Translations under genes and position numbers: made by a program | NCBI GenBank assembly: GCA_964187785.1 | Contig: OZ076409.1 | Span: 1,426,001 to 1,490,000 of the forward strand | DNA length: 64,000 nucleotides | Reading direction: 5' to 3' | From: Amphiscolops sp. MND2022 | Taxonomy: Eukaryota | Notes under the pieces: generated by a model | What the model saw: only the letters and a program-made list of their open reading frames with translations | What the model was told of the DNA's origin: nothing | Databases searched by the model: none | In this document: positions 56,283 to 64,000 of the stretch, one piece after another | Numbering within the stretch: position 1 is the first letter of the stretch | Layout: each line of letters begins with the position of its first letter

Positions 56283-57628
56283 GTAACAAATTTTCAAGAT
56301 ATTTGCAAGCTTCGACTGTCCAAAAAAACCTTTCGTTGTGTTCTCTCCATAGAACATCACCAAATGATCAACGCCGCCAGTACCTATTCTCATTTACAAT
56401 CGGAAGAGCGATTTTCGACTTTTTATTCATATTTATTCGAATAAGATGTTAATTGACAGAAATCTTGCTTCAGTCACCCCATTTTTGTCAATTTATAATT
56501 GACTGAATGGACAGCTAGATAGATACAGAGTTTAATTTCTTAAATGCGAAGAACCCGAACATGCAAACTCTAGAACAAATATATCTCTAGATGTGTGATT
56601 TTAGTAATGCAACCTGAAACATTATTCTCTGTATTAAAAAAACTGATATTCGAAGCACAGTTTCGATATACATTGAAAAACAAATAACACTCCTAAGTTT
56701 TGTACACGATTAAGACTTTGAAATTAGGCCGAACGAACCTAAACCGATTGTAGGCGCACATAGTTTTGAAAAAAAACATAAAAACTAGTGAAAATCGATC
56801 AATTTCGACAATTGGTAGAGCTTTTGACTACGTTATCATAATTGTGACTTCTTGCAAGATTCTAGATTATCATCTTGCAAGATTTGCATGGTCTTGAAAG
56901 ATTCCTGCAAGACTGACATCGGCTTGCAAGAAACTGGCAAGAATAACATGTTTTTAAGAAACTTGCAAGAGAAGTGCAAGATTTCAATTTCTTCAAAAAC
57001 TAGGGAAATTTTAGTTTTTTAAATCCTTTTAACTTTATTCCCGCCCGCCGTTATTCAAACCTGACGTTAAAAAATCCAGAGACACCTTCAACGATTTTTT
57101 CGCCAAAAATTTTCCCGATGAAAAATTACCCAACGTATTTTTGTAAGAATTTTTGTAACATGCAAGAAATGTTCGAGATTGCAACAAATTTGCAAAATTT
57201 GTGATTCTTGTACAAACTGTACAAACTTTATACAATATTTTTGCCCGAATTTTGCAAAAAAATTACAAATAACCAAATTTCCATTTTGAAAATCAAGTCA
57301 AATAAGTCCTAACTAAGCAAAAAGTTATTCAAAATTTAGTTTTCCAATCTAAATCAGAAGCCTAGAACACCTGAACTACTAACTTTCTTCATAATCAAAA
57401 CTTTTGAGTCTATATTGAAACTAGAATCACAAAAATTTTCCATGAATTCTTCAAGAAACATCACTGTTTTTTGTAACACTTCTCAAATTTGTTCCTCAAA
57501 ACCTGTAAGGGCAAGAGGAAAAAGAGCTTTATAAATTGCAACTTCTCCAGCACGAAAGAAAGACTTCATTTAAAAAATTGGTTCCCTTTTTTCTCGCATA
57601 AATAATGGTCATGGCCTCTGGCGTGCAG

Positions 57629-57772
57629 TGGATGGTGGGGGCGCCAGTGACAACGTGTTCAGACGACGACAGCAGCAGCCACAAGCTGACAGCATCATTG
57701 ATTGGTTTTGGTGGGCGGTCGCTACTATGACCACTGTCGGCTACGGCGACGTTGTGCCCCAGACCTACCCAG
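57629..57772 (+). CDS. Shaw: Shaw/Kv3 coding exon 7 (turret, pore helix, selectivity filter)
   Basis: [28 protein letters not shown]; donor G|GTGAG. The 5' boundary is taken as the first AG after the pyrimidine tract (phase 1). Confidence 0.92.
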
Positions 57773-57851
57773 GTGAGATTCACCACCCCCCTTATTCCCA
57801 TGGGGGGGTAAGAAACATGGGGCTCTTTTCTGTCCCCCACTACCAAATTTT

Positions 57852-58192
57852 TAGTCGGCGCTTTTCGTAGACTCCTTTTTTTCTTTTTTTTTAAGACCAA
57901 CGAAGTGACAGATTTTATAAGTTTTATAAGCTAACTTGCACTAACACTAACTGCCACACTACTTCTACTGGCACTTGGCATAGAGGTTAATGAGGCTTTT
58001 TTGAGGTGCTCTTTTACATTTTTCGGCACTATGCGACTTACAGGAGACCAAAAAAATTCGAAAAAAATGTCGGAAAGTTTTTCAATTTTTTCCTCATGCG
58101 GGTATTGTAGAAGACATCACTTGACACTTTGAAGTCTTTTTGCTATTTTTGAGCCTTAGATATAGCGCGGACTTGGGCCGTTCCCGCCTTGT
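57852..58192 (+). mobile_element. DINE-1/HINE-like family A copy
   Basis: TAGTCGGCGCTTTT ... GAGCCTTAGATATAGCGCGGACTTGGGCCGTTCCCGCCTTGT, inserted in T-runs. Confidence 0.7.
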
Positions 58193-61100
58193 TTTGGTAA
58201 ATAAGTGAAAATTTCATAAGAAAAGACTTGTATGCACCTCAGAAACCTTTACGTTTAATTCGTTTCCAGTGTGACAATTTGGAATTGGGTTCTTTTCTGC
58301 CCCCCCCCAGTAGCAAAATTTTTGAAAGAAATTTCCTTAAAAATTTTAGACACGGCTAATTAAAAGTAAAATCTTATTTTCATAACTGGAAGTTACCTTT
58401 TATTGAAATAGTTTTTTGTTTGAACAAACATTGTTCACACATTTTGTTTATAATTACGTTTTCATTCACTGTTTTTGTCACTCAAAGCTGATTGATTTCT
58501 TCACCAAGAATTCGTGAATTCATAGACAAAAATATTGTGAAAAAGTTTATATCTCAATTTTAAACTGTCACCCTAAAAATAAATTTGAAAATGAATGTTT
58601 CTGGTTTGTATTGAAGTCTTTTTGTTCTAATATTTTCACTTATTTTCCAAAAAATGGTGGTTGGGAAAACAAAAAGTTACCCTGATTTTTCGATATCATT
58701 GTCAGAAATAGCAAAGATTCACGACTGGAACTAGCTAAAATCGTATAGAAAGGTCCCCATTTCAACGCAAATTTTCTCCGCAACAAACTAAAATGAGCAA
58801 CTTTTAATTGTTAATTATTGTTGAAAATATGATTATGTCGATATCAATTTTTTTATTGGACCGAAATTTCAACTCAAACGATGTCGACATAATGGTATTT
58901 GAACCTTGTGTCTTATTTCCACGAATCCCCCCCACTCCCAACTGACCGCGGGGGGGGGGGGGGTGTTTGGGTATGGTAAGAAACACGGCGGTCCCCTACA
59001 GAAATTCGAAACTCGCACTTTTATCCTTCTTTTCCCACTTTTACGTCATTATTCACATTTTTCCATCTTTTCTCCCCATCTTTTGGTCACTTTGCTCGCC
59101 TCCTCCTGTTTTGTTGGTGGACAGAGAAAACGCGCCTGGTAGCAATTTAAAGTGCAAACAAGAGGCACAAAGAAATCCGTTAGTGGAATTGCGATTTTCT
59201 CAATTTCCTTTTTCTGCACTGTTTTCTTCATTCGTTTTATCCCTCTTAAAATTGTCACCGAATGCGGAAACAATCTTTCAGACGCGTCACAGAAAAGAGA
59301 TCGACATTTTGACAGAATTATTTCAATTTGGCCAGAAAAGCAGATAAAAATGACGCAAAACCCACTTTTTTCTCTCTTTTTTTGCATATATTTCCATGCC
59401 CGATGGATTGAATTCTACAACAGCAGCAGCAGTTATAGTTATTATAACGAGGAGCAAATATAAGGAGTACATGCAGTTAGCAAGAGCATTTCAGTTTGTT
59501 ACTTTCTCCGGTATTCGATGTTGGAAAATACATGTTGGGAAAAATGAGCACAAAAGTCTTCCTTCGCTTTGCGCCTCTTGAATATATTTTGCATTCTTTT
59601 CCCATATTGCGTTACATTAGACCTTGGCGTGCTACAGAAAGATGCAGGAATTTTCCAGCAAGGTATTAGACGAAGTATTAAATTGCGACATAGTTTGAAA
59701 AATAACTGAAAACAACGAAAGATAAAAGCCCCCACGTTCAAGGTACGGATGGGTGGAGAATTTTTATATCTACCCCTCCCCCCCACCTTCTGGAAAGCAA
59801 TGTGCTGATAATGGTGAAAATAGTTCGGTGGTAATAGATAATGGTGAAAAGTCTTTTGTTTTTTTTTTTTAAAAAAATCGAAGTTCGAAGTTTATCTTTT
59901 TTTAATGCATGCAAAACGTCATATCGTAAAAACTGACAAAAGAACGACAAAATCGACAAAGATTTTATTTTATCATTTTTGTGTTGGAAACAGTGAATGC
60001 TTCAGGTAACAGCCAACCTTGTTTTATACCCTTTTTTCTCAAAAAAATGAAAATCGCCGAAAAAGAAGGAAAAAATAATATCGTATGGAAAATAACCTGC
60101 TTGAGAATAAACGCAATCTTTGCAAGATCTTTGCAAGCAATGAAATTTGCCAAACAAAACTTGAGAGATCCATTTTCAGATCTTGCAACGTTGTCTAAAA
60201 AACGCTTTTCTAAAAAAAGTGTTTTAGCTGATTATTGATGTTCGTAATGATCATATAGCCAATCTTCCATAATCGTACTTATATTTCCATCTCGGTACAC
60301 AATTATAATCCAGATTTTTACGCTGTATTTTGTTGTTTGAATTTTGCGGCATAAAAAAATTCCAATCTTTCACTGAGATTCTTAGCATTTGTTGCGAAAT
60401 CCATGTTGAAACATGTTTTTTGATACATTGCTAAGTAAAATTCAATCGATGCTTTTGTATATTTTTGTAGCCTTATTCAACTAATCGATTTCTAGACATT
60501 GGTTCTGAAAAGCTCAGAAAAACGATGAAAAGAAATCTCGAAGCTGCTAAACCGCATATGTTGGCGCTATACAAATCACGACAAAAGAATCCTTTGTAAA
60601 TTTTTAATGAGAGGAATTGTTCGCAGGAAATTTAGCTCAATGCAGGCTATAGCGGGGCGTATTTTCTCCTCGTTAATAATTGAAGGATGTTCTATCCGTG
60701 GATACTGAAACGCCCAATAATTTTGAATTATCCATGGTCCTTTTCACAGAGATAAAACTCAATATTTCATGGCTCAAAAGTTTCAAACAAGTAATTACTG
60801 GTAAACATCGCATACGTCTGAAAGAATTTTCCAAATTTGATTGTTGTAAAATCCTTCTGGTTTCGTTTCAATGCATGTTAATTAAATTTTCATTTTTTGA
60901 AATGAATAAATTTGTGTCAAACAGTGCTTGAAAGTTATTTTTGTGTCAAAAAAGTGCTTGAAAGTTATTTTAATTTCCTTTGATTGGCAGCTTATTCGAG
61001 ATATGCAGTGAATTTAGTCTGAGTTCTTGGAGCCAGCGACTGAATGAGACTGTGCTGATTAGGATAAATACGGCAATTTTAGTGACTTTTCGTCGTGTTT

Positions 61101-63759
61101 TCTTTTCAATCCGGCTGATTTGACCATAAAAAATTTGCGAAAGTTCTAAATATCTATAAAACTTCAAAAAGAAAAAGTCCATCAATTTATATTTTGACAT
61201 TGATATTCGGATTAATTTTTGTGTTTTTTTCGGCGTTATGCGATTGAGAAATTTTTAAAAAAGATTCCTTGAAGCTTTGAAGCGCTTCTCTTTTTTGAGC
61301 TCTAAACGGGGCGCCGACCCGGTTTGTTTATGAAAAGAAGGTCAGTCTGGGACACATGCGATCGAAACTAACTGTTATCCAAATTGGACAGACACAAAGT
61401 TACTTCAAACCTCAAATCCCGGATTTTCCTGGATCACTGGAAGTAACACTTACCAGCAAACTAAACCAGCCCAAAATTTGATTTCTGTTTCCTAGATGAA
61501 AAAGAACACAAAAAGCATGAGTTGTGAACTGTGAAACACTTTCATGTAGCGTGATTTTAAAAAACCATTGGAAACAGAATGGGGTTTTAACAGAACTATT
61601 AATTAGAACGTCCGACACAAAAACGGAGCTGAGTCTTTGAAATGTCAGTAAAGAACAACGTACTATCTGGAGTTGCTTTTAGTCGGCGTTTTCGATAAAA
61701 ATGCACGACTCTTACAGTGGCTACTTTTTAGTCGGCACTTTTTCGTAGAAAAACTGTAAGAAAATTTAGCCAGAGGGGTCGGAGAGAAAAACCCAAGGCT
61801 CAAATCTTAACAGAAAGGTTTGATTTTGGTGAGTAAGTTTCGTTCTTGCTTCTGCTCATAGGACTAGCTTGACACTAGTTTCTCTCCAAATTGCTCTATC
61901 GGCTCTATATTCGCAATGAGACTGTAGGTTAGAATGATCGAGTTAGGAAATTGATATAAAATCACAGAACACGATGAAAACAATCTTCCAATTGATTTCT
62001 CAGCGAATATCTATATATCACGATCCAGCCACTGAATCAAACAATCGTCAAGTCCCGGACTTGTACAATTTCTGTCACTGACTCCCGGAGTTAACGACGA
62101 CCAGTTACTCCAGCTAGTTCGAATCTCTTGCCCCCGTCCTGAGGCTCAACTGAATTCTAGCTCTCTAACTCGGTTGTCGAGAAGCGCGAGTGTTAATCCG
62201 AAGAAGTATCTTGTCTCCGCGAGACTCAACTTGCTCCCAGCCTTCTAACTCGGTTCTGCCTATTCAATTGTGTTCTAATTCCGCCTCAATTATATTTGTT
62301 CGTCGCACGTGTTCTGGGTGGTTTCATCTTCACTTTCTATCATACTTGACATTTTTGTTACACACAGGGCGTCGGCGTCTTAAATCTGCATGAGTTTACC
62401 TTCATGTTTACTATTCCTTTTATGGCATGGTGAACGCGTCTAATTATACTTCGACTAAACATTCCTTGCCGCCAACGATAAATAATTCACGTTTTGTCTG
62501 AAGTCCACATTTCAATAATAATTCAAGTCGCCCGAGATATTTTTAATATCGAAGAAATTATTCCATGACCTTCAACTACATGGTTTACATGTTCTCTACG
62601 CGTAAGGAGTACTTTTCTATCATCCTACGTGAAATACATCGCGAATCGTTCTGCCTGACTGAAATGCATAAATTATCGCTTAAGACGCTGATTTACATGT
62701 TTTATTGTACGTTTTATTATATATTCCGGGGTTGCATCTAAAATGACCTTGAGGCCCGTCCGTGACCTTGAAGTTATTTGTCCTTATCCAAAGTTACTAC
62801 ATGCCAAGTTATATCATTCTAGGGTCAATGGTTACCGAGTTACATGATATGCGTATCATTTGTTTACTTAAGGCGGTTACCCCCGCATGGGTCAGAAATA
62901 CGGTTTCCTTCACATTATAAATCGACTACATTCATCATTCCGGTTCGTTTGAGGTATTACAAGTCGAGGTCAAGGTCATTTATCGGTTGGGCCCGCTCGT
63001 CCGGTCCCGCGTGCCTTAAACAAACATTACTCCCAGCGTGGGGGACCGATTAATGTATCTTTCATATATATTACTTAGGGTTACTAGCTGATCATCTTGG
63101 GTAAGTTTCATGATCTTCCGGTCATCCGGTGGCTATTTACATAACAATCGGTGTTTATTTACTTAGGGTCCGTGCTCCTCCTATACGCGTCGTGGGGTTC
63201 CAAAAATATGCGCAAACGTCTTAAGATCACGTAGGCTATCAGTTCCAAATATAATACGACTTATTCCGTGCTTCGCCGAAGAGTTCGTAGGCGGGTCGAC
63301 CTGGGTCACTTCCGGTGCTAATAGCTCGGGACTGGGGGGAGGTACGAAGTCGGGTACTCTGAGTCGAAAATTGAGTTAACAGCTCTAGTTTATGCATGCC
63401 AAAATTTCAGCTTGATCGGACAAGTCCTTCCCAAAAAGGGGGGGTGGCCCTTTTTCCCTCAGATCTTTGTTTCCGTCCAAAGAAAAACTTAGCAAAATTC
63501 GCTCGAAGCGGCCGATTCTAACTTAGCTAATTCGAACAATTTCGTTGTTGACGTCGATTCTATATTACTCAAACAATCGAGTTCACTCTTTCTATTTTTC
63601 CGTTTGCCAAAATCATTAACGAAATGCGCTAAATTCGCCTTTTCAGCTGTTTTTACTGATTTACACATGGTGGAGTGTCTGAAATTTAGTTCGATCTATA
63701 ACCTGTGATTCGCGCAAAAATGATGGGATTTTTCTGAAACGCCAAAGAATCAAAAATTT

Positions 63760-64000
63760 CACAAAAACGCAGACTCGTAGTAGACTTCGTAGTAGTGACT
63801 TTTCTTTTTTTAAGACCAACGAAGTGACAGATTTTATAAGCTTTACAAGCTGACTTGAACTAACACTAAATGACACACTACTTCTACTGGCACTTGGGAT
63901 AGAGGGTAATTAGGCCTTTTTGAGGTCCCCTTCTACATTTTTTCGGCACTATGCGACTTATCGGAGACCAGAAAAAAATTGAGAAAAACCTTCGAAAAAA
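63760..64000 (+). mobile_element. DINE-1/HINE-like family A copy, truncated by the window end
   Basis: Matches 57870-58070 (TAAGACCAACGAAGTGACAGATTTTATAAG...CGGCACTATGCGACTTA). Confidence 0.65.

Noticed and set aside
61770..63460. GC-richer block with TGACCTTGA/GGTCAAGGTCA motifs as a gene or nuclear-receptor enhancer
   Set aside because: No credible ORF. The motifs are common in invertebrate non-autonomous DNA transposons, and I could not define termini.
57773..64000. Shaw S6/C-terminal exon
   Set aside because: No G..CA..GVL.IALPVP-like sequence found; it probably lies beyond the window, though a divergent small exon could have been missed.

Overview
AT-rich animal genomic DNA (spliceosomal introns, dense transposon debris; species not determinable from sequence alone). 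The host gene is a Shaw/Kv3 voltage-gated K+ channel on the + strand. Seven coding exons (5123-57772) give T1, S1-S5 and the TVGYG pore; I found no S6 exon in the window. Its third intron holds an intact, apparently very young 15,976-bp Ty3/Gypsy LTR retrotransposon (15802-31777) with 1,719-bp TG..CA LTRs, a TTTAT target-site duplication and gag/pol joined by a predicted A_AAA_AAC -1 frameshift. This element is the most unusual object in the window. (i) gag starts 195 codons inside the 5' LTR and reads through the PBS. (ii) After pol it carries a predicted six-exon ANTISENSE gene (~1,281 aa: BED zinc finger plus an apparently inactivated hAT-transposase-like region) whose introns would survive reverse transcription because they face the other way. 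(iii) A divergent 256-aa sense ORF runs into the 3' LTR, as HIV nef does. (iv) No polypurine tract precedes the 3' LTR. The left end holds a decayed minus-strand BEL/Pao-like element with an SGNH-esterase ORF upstream of its PBS. Elsewhere are many DINE-1/HINE-like repeats (some with tRNA-like Pol III boxes), MULE/hAT/CMC-type MITEs, a Tigger/pogo remnant and two tandem arrays (144 bp and 103 bp). All calls are by eye, with no database searches.
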